From Eledone cirrhosa (Eukaryota), in assembly GCA_964016885.1 (NCBI GenBank), contig OZ024745.1, positions 8,370,001 to 8,434,000 of the forward strand: DNA of 64,000 nt, given 5' to 3'. Made by a program: the position numbers and the translations under genes. Shown here piece by piece: positions 33,356 through 45,695 of the stretch (position 1 is its first letter; every line of letters begins with the position of its first letter). The notes beneath the pieces are model-generated. The model had not been told where the DNA came from. It did no database searches and was given only the letters and a program-made list of their open reading frames with translations.

Positions 33356-33766
33356 GATTTGTTTACACTTTTTTTTTTCACCGGCGAAATTTTTTTCAAA
33401 GCGAAAATTTCACCCCAGGGAGTAGAAAACGAAAAATCAGTGATGCATCTGAACTCAATTTATTGTGTGTTACAATTGTTTCGCCGGCGGACAGCTCGAG
33501 ACGCGATCATTGTGTGGATCTTTCTATTCTATCATACTCTGCTCTGTAAGAGCATAGAGTGCTCAACCGGCATACCTCCCATGGAAGCATCTTAGCTACC
33601 ATCAGACACACATATATATATATAGAGATAGATGTAATAAACAACACGATACAATTATAATTATATTGTGTTTTTATTACATAATTAAATAGCTCTGTAT
33701 TATACATTGAGCACTCTTATTTCCTTTATCTTTTCTACGGAAATACTTAACACACACACACATATA

Positions 33767-33808
<42 letters not shown>

Positions 33809-33929
33809 AGTCAAGTACTGGAGTCGATTCTTTTCATACGTATATAATTTACATGTCGATATACTAAGAATATGTAATTTTATATACACATTTAGGTAGT
33901 TTCTGTCCCTTCTATTTTGATTATAAACG

Positions 33930-33971
33930 GGAATGTATGTACGTACGCACGTACATATGTATATATATATG

Positions 33972-34005
<34 letters not shown>

Positions 34006-34135
34006 TGTACGTATGTATGTATGTATATATGTACGTATGTATGTATATATGTACGTATGTATGTATGTATGTATGTATGTATGTATGTATGTATGTATGT
34101 GTGTGTGTATGTATGTATGTACGTATGTATGCATG

Positions 34136-34169
<34 letters not shown>

Positions 34170-34350
34170 TGTATGTATGTACGTACGTATGTATGTATGT
34201 ATATATGTACGTATGTATGTATATATGTACGTATGTATGTATGTATGTATGTATGTATGTACGTACGTATGTATGTGTGTGTATGTATGTATGTATGTAT
34301 GTATGTACGTACGTATGTATGTGTGTGTGTGTATGTATGTATGGATGGAT
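33930..34350. repeat. (TATG)n compound microsatellite
   Basis: Seen directly. Confidence 0.95.
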
Positions 34351-34519
34351 GACCTGTAACTCCTAATTGTATTGTAGGGACACCATACTGTGTTTCTTGG
34401 ACATTTTTTAAACCTGACGCAGTCTATCCCTCTTAAGGTCTGAACATAGCAGATGTATTCCAGAGAAAGATAGAAAGTGAAAGAAAGGAAGGAAGTGATA
34501 TATATATAGAAAGAATCGA

Positions 34520-34670
34520 TCCCAAAACTAGACTGGTACTTTTTCTTATCGATTTTGAAGGATGAAATGCAAAGTTGATCTTGTCGGGATTTGAACTGAG
34601 AGAGCAGAGAGCCGAATAAGAGAAATCAGTGAAGCCCAACTTCTAACGTATCTACCAGTTCACCGCCTTA
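34520..34670 (-). mobile_element. SINE, same family, reverse orientation, diverged
   Basis: CTGGTACTTTTTCTTATCGATTTTGAAGGATGAAATGCAAAGTTGATCTTGTCGGGATTTGAACT..CACCGCCTTA is the reverse complement of the SINE core. Confidence 0.65.
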
Positions 34671-35734
34671 GCCGAGTAAATTCTGTTGCAAGTATTTGGA
34701 CCAAACTTCGGCAGGGTGGTGCCACGATCGTTTGATGCATTAATTCACACTATACCTTTTATATGTAGTACCATTCTTTATAAGAATATACAATAGAAGT
34801 TTTTTCCATGGAAGCCAGATTGTAAAAGAGCCTGTCCCTTTGGTAACATCTAGTCAGTCTTCCCTACTAGATGCTATGTAAAAGAGCCTGTCCCTTGGGT
34901 AACATGTAGTGAGTTTACTCTACTAGATGCTATATAATTCCATATCACAATGTTCTCCAGTTCGTGACTGATTTCCCCATCGAGCCCCGGATTTCGAAAA
35001 CCACGAATATGCAAGACCACTATCATCCAGCTAGACTATTTACAGGGATTGGAATAGAAATTAGCGACAACTGAGGAGTTGTGTGTCCTCCTTCCTTCCC
35101 TACCTACCCCTAACCCTCTTCCAATGCCCACAAAATTAATGAAATATCATAGAACCAATATAGCATTCAATATGTCGAACGATTCTTTACTTTCTTTAAG
35201 AACATTCTTTAAACGTTAGACACAATGTCTGAAATCAACGCCTTTAATCATAGATTTAACTTAATCTCAGGTTTGATCTCAGCTCACCACCACCACAGCC
35301 ATCCCATATTTCCACAACTATAAACAACAATAGTACATTGAAAAACTATACCTAAAACAACAGTCATATTTTTGATTGACACTACTAAAAATAGAGCTGA
35401 AATTAACACAAAGCTCCATAATGACTTCAAAATATTTAATTGCTAATATCAAAAGAATTACTTGGAGCAATTATTAGATTCTCTTGATACAAGAATGGCA
35501 TTTTGTGAAAATATTTATATCTAATTCCTGATCGTAAGAAAATTACAAACTAAACAAATGACAAAGTAACAATTAATTATTAATATTTTTCCTCTTTAAA
35601 CCAAATGCTATGTGTACTTTAATACACAAAGTGTTTGTCTTTAACAAAAGTATGATGGCGTAGATAACGAACGCTTAGTTTTTGTGATTCGAAAAATAAG
35701 GTAATCCAGGCACGTTTATTATTTGATACAAAAA

Positions 35735-36124
35735 GGACGGTAGATTGACAGAATGGGTAGAGCGTCGGACAACATACTTTGTGGCATAGAATTACGTCTT
35801 TTTACGTTCTGAGTTCAAATCTCGCCGAGGTTAGCTTTGCCTTTTATCCTTATGAGATCGATAAAATAAAGTACTGGTAATGCACTGGGTCGATTTAATT
35901 GACTTTCCCTTCCCCCAAACCTCTTGACTGTGTGCCTAAATCAGAAACTATTATCATACATCTATATAAGGGCGGTGGATTGGCAGTATTTGGGGCATAT
36001 AGTTACGTTCCTTTACGTTCTGAGTTTGAATCCAGCCGAGGTTAGCTTTGCTTTTCATCCTTAGGGGATCGATAAAGTACCTGTAACTTACCTTCAAATT
36101 GCTGGCCATTTGCCTAAATCAGAA
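35735..36124 (+). mobile_element. Two tandem SINE copies (35735-35948 and 35968-36124)
   Basis: Each has TTTACGTTCTGAGTT..AA..GCCGAGGTTAGCTTTGC..ATCCTT..GATCGATAAA..GTAC and ends GCCTAAATCAGAA. Confidence 0.75.
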
Positions 36125-37393
36125 GGTAATCCAATATTTTTTTTTTTACCTAAAGCGATTATACATATATTTACTGAAGCAATGTCACTCTAAACTTATA
36201 TGGACATATGTCAGTTCACACTACTTATACAAGAAAAAAACTTAAAATACTGACATAAAACTTGGAAAATATTTATCTACGCAGGCAACGTTCCATTTCA
36301 ATAATGTAGTAGAATTGTTAATGGAGTATGTCAGTGGATAACCAGATCACCTGGTGTATATTATATTGAATTTGAACACTTTAGTCTATGGGCTACAATT
36401 TATACTAACTTGAAATAAAGTATCTTCTTATCCAGAAAAGTATTTAATCATTTTTCGTTTAATGTCATGAAACGGAAGAAATATATCGGCTCTTAAAACT
36501 CTCTGAAGACTGAGAAACCTTTTAGATTTTTACATATAAAATAATGGTTTTGAAAATCCCAGACAATTAAAAACGAAGAAACCTTCAATCTACTCTGAAT
36601 TCTGAAAACCAATTAATACCTAACCTAGGCACATAAAGCTACTTTGTAAAACCTACAAATACTCTGCTAGTGTGCATTACTTCGAAATTGGAGAAAATTT
36701 GCCTGGCGTCTCCGTAATTAATATACATACATCTCATTGGATTTATTCAATTTGTTTATAAACTGTTCGATTTACTAAAGTTCACTTTTACCAATAATGT
36801 ATCAATCTTTGTTCCTCTGAACTTTTTTTCCCTATGATACACAAACTTACGTATCTCAATTATCTCTACTCCTCTCATAAGACAAATATTACTATAAGCT
36901 ATAGTACATCTGACTTTTGAGATATCATTTTAAGGTGAACTTCTGAATCTTGTTCCATAAAATTCTGGAATATTTAAGGAATGTAACATACTTAAATTCA
37001 AATTAAGAGTAATAACATATTTCAAAATGTTCGCTTCCTTTGTTAATTTCGAAAATAGCTTCTCTACCCCGCCCCCATAAAAAAACCTATCTTACTAAAA
37101 AAAATCTCAAAGCATCATAAATAGAAAACATTTTACAGAGCAAGTAATCAGATTTTGTAATAAACTAATTCTTGAAAAATATGGGAAATATGGTTTTCCA
37201 TTGGTTTAGACGATGTCTGATCAACCTACTAGAAAAATTAACCTGTAAGTGACTGAATATTCCACAGACACGAGTCTTTATTGTAACTTCTACGACGTAT
37301 CGTGACAATATGTGACAAAGATGGGCATTTGAAGTAAAGGCACAACCCACCTGACAAATTTCTATACAGTTTTGCCTCACAATTTCACTCACA

Positions 37394-37960
37394 AGGCTTT
37401 GGTCGACACGAGACTTTCGTCGACACACGGCTTTGGTTGACTTAGGCTTTGGTCGCACATGGCTTTGGTCAACAGGAGACTTTGGTCGACACGAGGCTTT
37501 GGTCGACACACGGCTTTGGTCGACATGTGACTTTGGTTGACAGGAGGCTTTGATCGACTTAGGCTTTGGTCGACACATGGCTTTGGTCGACATGAGACTT
37601 TGGTTGACACATGGCTTTGGTCGTCAGGAGACTTTGGTCGACACATGGCTTTGGTCGACATGAGACTTTGGTTGATAGGAGGCTTTGGTCGACTTAGGTT
37701 TTGATCGACACATGACTTTGGTAGACACGAGGCTTTGGTCGACATGAGGTTTTGGTCGACACATGGCTTTGGTCGTCAGAAGACTTTGGTTGACACGAGG
37801 CTTTGGTCGACACATGGCATTGGTCGACACACGGTTCTGGTCGACAGGAGACTTTGGTCGACAGAAGACTTTTGTCGACACAAGGCTTTGGTCGACATGA
37901 GACTTTGGTCGACACGTAGCTTTGGTTAACAGGAGACTTTGGTCGACACGAGGCTTTGGT
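37394..37960. repeat. 17-18-bp minisatellite (GGCTTTGGTCGACAC-variable), about 33 units
   Basis: Constant core RCTTTGGTCGAC with a GTCGAC palindrome and a variable 4-6-nt tail. Confidence 0.95.
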
Positions 37961-38125
37961 AAAAGACACTCGCCTCAAGTGTCACATAGTAGGAATGAAC
38001 CCGGAACCTCCTCGGCCTCTTTTTCATGTCTGCATCCAGGAAGATATATAATTGAAGCAGAGGTCTGTTGGAGAAAGGAATGTAGCAAATGTGAGGGTGT
38101 AAATAAGGAAGTGACTATATACAGT

Positions 38126-38295
38126 GAGGGCGGTGACAGAGTATGTAGAACATCGTTGCTTTACAACATTCATTTGGGCTCTTTCAGCTGAGTTCAAATC
38201 CCTGAGATCAACTTTGCCTGTCATAACTTCGGGATCAATAAAATAAAGAAATGAAGTTGATTTAATCAATCCCCCTCCTCCCTAGACTGCTGGTC
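38126..38295 (+). mobile_element. Diverged SINE copy
   Basis: GAGGGCGGTGA..CTGAGTTCAAATCCCTGAGATCAACTTTGCC..TCGGGATCAATAAAATAAAG. Confidence 0.55.
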
Positions 38296-38699
38296 TTTTT
38301 TTTTTTTTCACATTACTGCCAACATTTCGTTTTTCTAAATAAAATGAACTAACATTCAACTTTTGCTAAAACAATAACTTTGTAAATATATAAAAAGATT
38401 TCCTTCATACCAGTGACAATCTGAAATTGTTAACTATTGGGTTTACTTATTAAACTGAAAACCTTTTATATATAAAATGCAAATAAACTACCAATCACTC
38501 AATAAAAGCCATACCAAGTTTAGACAAGTAAAACAGAGCTCTCAGATTGATTACATGTTATATAGATTCCTCATGTGTATACTAATACACACTATGGCAA
38601 TTAGCTAAATAATGACTTTTGTTTCATCTGTGAGTGTACGTGGTTGTGATTATATTGGAATAGATATTTATTAATAAATTTAACGTGAAACTTTAGATG

Positions 38700-39150
38700 A
38701 CACAGGGAAGAATATGGAGGCGATTTCACTAGCAAGTGATGCTATTCTAGCTTAGAATCGAAATTCGGACGTGTATTCCAATCACTGATCACTCGAGGAG
38801 ACAAATAGTAACGGCCTCCAAATAACATTCTATTATGGTTTTATTTTCAATTACAGTAAACATGGCATATAGATTCCAATTTGATTTACTAGAGTTCAGA
38901 AGATAACGTAGATAAGCGATAAAAGATGAAAGAATAAATATGAGAATACGACGGTTTAAGTAGATGTAATGGATCCCAATGGTATTGTTCAAGATATGGA
39001 ACTACTGAAGCTCTTTCTAAATGGATTTTTTCTTGTCTTTAAAGATAGGATTCTCAATCCTGAATGCAGAGGAATGGATAACACTGCACTTGGGTGGTTT
39101 GTATCATCTCTGATGTACATTACTGTACATGCTTTAGAAACTTAGGAAAC
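38700..39150 (-). mobile_element. Possible ancient CR1/L2-type LINE 3' fragment
   Basis: Manual minus-strand translation gives LRILSLKTR and LSPRVISDWN, resembling the L..LE.RR and F..RVI..WN motifs. Many stops. Confidence 0.35.
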
Positions 39151-39458
39151 GAAAAACAATTCGGTTCTGTCAAAATTTAAACTCATAACCATAACGCGCC
39201 AAATTAAGTCATTTAAATCCTCTACATTTTGTATAGAATCTACCTCATCAATGTAGTATGGTTCTTTTAGACCTGTAACTCCTGGTAGAGTTTTAGAGAC
39301 GCCCAGTTTCAAGCCTCACTATTTAGCCTTAATAAAATTAATATTAAAACTCTACTTCAGTATTGAGTACTCTTTTCCTTCGGCCGTCAACCACATACGG
39401 ATATATATATATATATATATATACACGCACACACGCACACACACGCACACACACACAC

Positions 39459-39887
<429 letters not shown>

Positions 39888-39964
39888 TCAAATCATCTCC
39901 CCTTTTCTCTGAGAGCCGCTAATATTTGCCCCAAGTTTCTTCTTTTTTTTTCCTTTCTTCAGTT

Positions 39965-40360
39965 AAGATATATGTATATATAGTATATATGTATATATAG
40001 TATATATGTATATATAGTATATATGTATATATAGTATATATGTATATATAGTATATATGTATATATAGTATATATGTATATATAGTATATATGTATATAT
40101 AGTATATATGTATATATAGTATATATGTATATATAGTATATATTTATATATAGTATATATTTATATATAGTGTACATGTATACAGTATATATGTATATAT
40201 ATATATATATATGTATATATAGTGTACATGTATATATAGTGTATATGTATATATAGTATATATGTATATATAGTGTATATGTATATATAGTGTACATGTA
40301 TCTATACTGTATATGTATATACAGTATATATATGTATATGTAGTATATATGTATATATAC
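39965..40360. repeat. 17-bp AT-rich minisatellite (GTATATATAGTATATAT)n
   Basis: Seen directly. Confidence 0.9.
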
Positions 40361-41644
40361 TACATATACATATAATGTACATGTACATGTGTGTTTATTT
40401 CTACATTTATTGATATATATAATCGGAATAAGAATCTGTTATCATCATTATCCATTTTATAAATGACTTTTGAAACGATTTTCTTTTTTTGTTTATATAA
40501 TTTGAAACGAGAGTTTTCTTCGCGGTTTTTAACTCCCAAATCAGCCATATTGCTGGACGTTCCCTAAAAATAAGGAGCAGTTAATTTTATGATGGTTAGG
40601 GTGAGGTAAGTTTACAACCAGCTTCTGCTATTACATCGTTATTCTTTTAATGTATCTAATTTGGCCAACTTTGACAATTAGCCATTGTTGAAAGCCATCA
40701 AGGCTTGATGGCTCTTCAGGAAAAAAGAAATGGCTGGCTGGTACTTGTGGTAGTGCGGGGGTTGGAGTGTGGGGGGGGGGTCTCAAGTAGTCGGATGTTG
40801 TCGCTCAATGCTGAAGAATATTCAAATAGAAATTCTACGTAATACCCCCCTCCCAACCATACGCCCACTTTGCACGCCACCACCACCCTCTCTACAGAAC
40901 ACAGCCACACTGCGTCATACACTAAACCCAGCATATCCACTCTGCAGACACTGACGCACACTATCTACCTCCCTTCTATCATCAAACCATCACTTAGCTT
41001 CCTACACCGTCGCTACTCTACAGAAGCTACCAGCCCCTTCACCCCTCCCCCCACAACACTACTTTAGTCGATACGAAAAACATCATCTGACTAATTATAT
41101 CCATTGAACTCAAACGTATTGTAATTATTGTTGTTGTTATTGTCGATGTTCATGTTTATATCTGCAATATTTTCTTTATTTGGTTTTTATTATCATCTTT
41201 GTTCTATTTTTCTTTAGTTTTCTCTTGTTATTTGTTGTTGTTATTTGCCCTTTTTAATAAACAACCAAATCTGAATAGTTATTAGATTTGATGAGCTACA
41301 GAAAAAGCTCTTCTGAAGAAAGCGCAAAGGTCGTTACCATTCCTTCAACTCGCTACTTCACTATTTATTTAAAACTGAATGACTATTAGCAATAATGATC
41401 GTTTTTTTCATTGTGTTCGAAGGCCACAATCCTACTTCTCTCCCTTAACTAAACCCTTTCAAAGCCTTTCCACTCCAACCTTATATCGAAGTCGGTAGGA
41501 GATCCAAAACAATTAAAACACAGATCTAACTTGCAAAAACAACGAAATTATGGACGGTTTCACATTTAAAATGTTATTTTCCCATTTAGGCTTTTCTTGT
41601 CATCATCTCGTTAACACACACGCACACACACACACACTCACACA

Positions 41645-41746
<102 letters not shown>

Positions 41747-41844
41747 TATATATATACATATGTATGTATGACTGTCAGTCTTGGGTTTCCATGGAAGGTC
41801 ACCCTCAACATTCGCGGGGAGACAGGTATGATTTCCCTCATCAA

Positions 41845-41985
41845 TAGAGGTTGACATATGTTGATGCTCTAAGGACAGACACTGGTCTGTTGGAGACGCA
41901 GGACATGGCAGCGATGATGAAGGACAGAGACCGCTGGAGAGAACTCTCCATGGATCTCTGGAATTTTACCCGCCCTAGATGTATT
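41845..41985 (+). mobile_element. RTE-type LINE 3'-terminal fragment
   Basis: Translates [26 protein letters not shown], like the RTE C-terminal ..DR..WR motif. Confidence 0.55.
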
Positions 41986-42011
41986 TATGTATACATATAT
42001 ATATATGCCTA

Positions 42012-42056
<45 letters not shown>

Positions 42057-42308
42057 GCTGGTTTAAAGAGCCACATTCATGCCTCACATTTTTCGGCATT
42101 TTATCACGCGATGGCAATGCTCGAACACTAGTTTGCGACCATTAAAATAAAGTACCAGTAATACACTGGGTAATTGGTGGCCTTGTGCCAAAAGTAGAAA
42201 CAATTATGTATGTATGTAGATTGGGAGGTACCAGTTTAAACTAGTAAGACCATTATTCAGGTAAGTACTTAATACTTAGGAAAGAGGAGAGTTGGTATTT
42301 TAAAGAGT

Positions 42309-42411
42309 TAGTGCCCAACGGCTGAGTTTTTGTCGTTTCGACGGTGAATGAATACCTTATGATTTATCCATTCACTGTTGAAACGACATGTGCTCAGTTG
42401 TCGAGCACTAA
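42309..42411. repeat. Degenerate inverted repeat related to the 61881-62075 fold-back family
   Basis: TTAGTGCCCAACGGCTGAG..TGTCGTTTCGACGGTGAATG pairs with CATTCACTGTTGAAACGACA..CTCAGTTGTCGAGCACTAA. Confidence 0.7.
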
Positions 42412-42417
42412 TACATT

Positions 42418-42498
<81 letters not shown>

Positions 42499-42524
42499 TA
42501 CATATAAGAACTAAGAACTGACTA

Positions 42525-42580
42525 ACTGCCTGATGAGGTCATAGCCATTCAATGGTTATCATCGAAATATATATAGCAGT
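42525..42580 (+). ncRNA. Minimal type-I hammerhead ribozyme (family E)
   Basis: ACTGC-CTGATGA-GGTCATAGCCA ttcaa TGGTTATCATC-GAAA-TATATA-TA-GCAGT. Confidence 0.85.
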
Positions 42581-42625
42581 AAATAAAGGATTATGAGTTC
42601 ATGCAATTGACTTATGTTTCGTCAC

Positions 42626-42675
<50 letters not shown>

Positions 42676-43207
42676 AAAGAATAGAGGTGTAACACACAAG
42701 TTATTATATATTGGTAAACGGAATAGAAAATGCTGACAAATTGTTCACAGTTGAAAAATGGTTTAATTAGGAATAAAAGAGTATTAGTGATTGTATGGGT
42801 TAGTATTCAGTTGTGGTTTTAAGTTTTTAAGTTTTTACCGGTTGCGCATTTCTAAATGCTTTTCAAAAATAATTTTGAGATAGAGTGTCCGTGCTGTTTG
42901 CTCTGATCTGATTAGTTTTGGGAATTCTACCTGTTTTTATGTTAAAAAACAGGTAGAATTCCCAAAACTAATCAGATCAGAGCAAACAGCACGGACACTC
43001 TATCTCAAAATTATTTTTGAAAAGCATTTAGAAATGCGCAACCGGTAAAAACTTAAAAACTTAAAACCACAACTGAATACTAACCCATACAATCACTAAT
43101 ACTCTTTTATTCCTAATTAAACCATTTTTCAACTGTGAACAATTTGTCAGCATTTTCTATTCCGTTTACCAATATATAATAACTTGTGTGTTACACCTCT
43201 ATTCTTT

Positions 43208-43253
<46 letters not shown>

Positions 43254-43298
43254 GTGACGAAACATAAGTCAATTGCATGAACTCATAATCCTTTATTT

Positions 43299-43354
43299 AC
43301 TGCTATATATATTTCGATGATAACCATTGAATGGCTATGACCTCATCAGGCAGT
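43299..43354 (-). ncRNA. Minimal type-I hammerhead ribozyme (family E, mirror copy)
   Basis: Reverse complement of 42525-42580. Confidence 0.85.
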
Positions 43355-43380
43355 TAGTCAGTTCTTAGTTCTTATATGTA

Positions 43381-43466
<86 letters not shown>

Positions 43467-43694
43467 TATATACATATATATATAGATATATATTGAAAGG
43501 ATAACAAGGACGATTGGTTACTCCTTCATTACATTTATTGGTAGGTGACGCGCGTTTCGCCACTGATCAACTCAAGGTTCGATCTGTATCGATCTTACCC
43601 GACTCAATAATCGGCAGCTCGACGGACCCTTTAAAATGGTATAAGAAAATGAATACATGCTATGTGATAAAGTCAGAAGTTCATAAGTTACACT

Positions 43695-43779
<85 letters not shown>

Positions 43780-43932
43780 CAAGAAAGTAAGTGTTGGTAA
43801 AATCCAGTACTTCAGTATGCGGGTAGGGAGCACTCAACGAAGATATAAGTTCCGGAGTTTAATAGTGAGGAAACAAGGCTCTGATACCATCAACACTATA
43901 AACACAGAGCTGGCATATCTAAGAACTGACTA

Positions 43933-43988
43933 ACTGCCTGATGAGGTCATAGCCATTCAATGGCTATCATCGAAATATATATAGCAGT
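43933..43988 (+). ncRNA. Minimal type-I hammerhead ribozyme (family E) within a terminal-repeat unit (43778-44033) between (TA)n runs
   Basis: ACTGC-CTGATGA-GGTCATAGCCA ttcaa TGGCTATCATC-GAAA-TATATA-TA-GCAGT. One stem II G-U pair of the 42525 copy is G-C here. Confidence 0.85.
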
Positions 43989-44029
43989 AAATAAAGGATT
44001 ATGAGTTCATCCAATTGACTTATGTTTCG

Positions 44030-44134
<105 letters not shown>

Positions 44135-45334
44135 TAAAAAATAGACCAAGAAACCAGGACTATCCGTCATCAGTGATCTTCTGGCCATCATCGGTATTTT
44201 TTCACATTAAAGACCAGATACCTTAAGCCAGCGCGAACAATAACTAAAATAAGTTATTGGGTTAAGAAGAATTGGGTGGAGAAAGAGAGACATGTAAACA
44301 AACAAAAATGGTAAGGCAACGTAAAGAGAGGAAAATGAGAAAACAAGTCAGCGATACACGTGAACTTAAGTTCTAGCAAATCATTGATGAGAAGACGAAG
44401 GACGCGTGCGAACCCTGCTAAATGTAAGCGAGAAAAGGATTTCACACAGGTCAGACGGGAGGAAGTGAGAGAGGGGGAGTAGCAGAGAGTGAGTGAGTGA
44501 AAGTGTGAGGAAGAGGCCAGCCGAGAGAGGGTGACCAGCAGAGGCGGTGAATGAAAGTAAGAGGTATATATATATATCACCTAGGACAAAAACAATGGAA
44601 AAAGGCAACGGAAAGACAGGCAGTCACATCTCGTCAGTCAACCTCTGGAAAGTACATTGGGATATAACAAAACAGGTGGAGACAAGATATGTCTTTAGAG
44701 TAATTACACAAATATAGATGAAAAAGTAACCCAAGTGTGTCAACTGACAAAAAAGGGAGAGAACTGAGCATGAGGGGAAAATCATAGAAAGGAGGGAAAT
44801 AGTAAAACAAAGAGAATAAGGACTGTAGTCCAGCATGTAGACAAAGAAGGGTGACACTGGGGTGTAGAAAATGTAAGAAGGGAGAATAGAGGAGGACAAA
44901 CCGGGCGGTGTGATGTCTATTATATGATAGTTTCAAAAAAAGCCCGTATGACTAAAACTAATATTTGGTCTTTTAAAACGATCAAGTAAATTACGTTAAT
45001 TATTATTCCACCGTAGCTGGGTGAATGACATGATATATAGTTTAGTTCGCCATCTTCTGTAAGATCAGTTTGGTAATGATGGGCCCCTGGTTATTATCAA
45101 GCTATTTATATGAAAGAAACATCGTGTGGTATGATCCCGTAACCCCTGAGGGATACCGTATTGAAAAACGGTCTGAATACAGTAGATTTCTTCCGGAAAG
45201 TGAGAAGTGAGAAAGAGATATAGAGTTAGGCTAGACTCCATTACTCGACTGGTACTTATATACAAGAAGCCTGAGTGTTGTTCAATGATCGTTCCAACCA
45301 ATGTCGGACCAGTGAAAGGAACGTTGTTCTAGCT

Positions 45335-45452
45335 AAAAGATGAATGCCTCTTGGGGAAGAAGTTATATATGAAGCATCCATAACTCTCCTCAATTATTTG
45401 GGGCTTACCACCAACTCTTTTAAAATACGTTACCATCAGCATCTTTATTCAT
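45335..45452 (+). pseudogene. Short relic of a Nematis-type PLE GIY-YIG endonuclease
   Basis: VIYEASIT..YLGLTTNSFKIRYHQHLYSF aligns by eye with IVYKFKV..YRGLTANRFKQRLYMHTYSF of the 20851-21396 ORF. Confidence 0.7.
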
Positions 45453-45509
45453 TTGGATCCACACACACATGCGCATGCACGCAAGCATACACATTCACAG
45501 AAACCTATC

Positions 45510-45695
45510 TCTTTTCTCCCACTCTCTTTCTCTCTGTCTCTCCTCTCCCACTCTCTTCCTCTATATGTCTTCCTCTCTATCTCTTCTCTCCCACTCTCTT
45601 CCTCTATATGTCTTCCTCTCTCCCTCTTCTCTCCCACTCTCTTCCTCTATATGTCTTCCTCTCTCCCTCTTCTCTCCCACTCTCTTCCTCTCTAT
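45510..45695. repeat. 43-bp pyrimidine-rich tandem repeat, about 4 copies
   Basis: CTCTCCCACTCTCTTCCTCTATATGTCTTCCTCTCT.. recurs at 45543, 45586 and 45629. Confidence 0.85.

Larger units (their letters stand above)
27935..33600 (-). mobile_element. Near full-length, frameshifted Tx1/L1-clade LINE (ORF1 + ORF2)
   Basis: ORF1 pieces carry the knuckle CYHCLSSGHLKAYC. ORF2 pieces: NVRG/CES/YAP/YLDRVL/SDH (APE endonuclease), KSPGLDGL, FRPITLLN, DQSKAFD, QGCPLS, YADD (RT), CPRC..ETVAHAFIHC. The 3' end runs into (TA)n. The 5' boundary is approximate. Confidence 0.93.
42480..43405. repeat. ~0.9-kb near-perfect palindrome (arms ~460 bp, 6-nt spacer at 42939-42944)
   Basis: Arms are reverse complements except for microsatellite lengths. 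Flanked by (GA)/(TA) runs. Confidence 0.95.

Noticed and set aside
37165-37978. Cys/Lys-rich repeat ORFs (STKASCRPK..)
   Set aside because: Products of a 17-18-bp minisatellite whose unit length shifts the frame continually.
40690-40720. CTGAAGA followed by the hairpin GCCATCAAG/CTTGATGGC on the minus strand
   Set aside because: Followed by TTTC instead of GAAA, so the catalytic core is incomplete.
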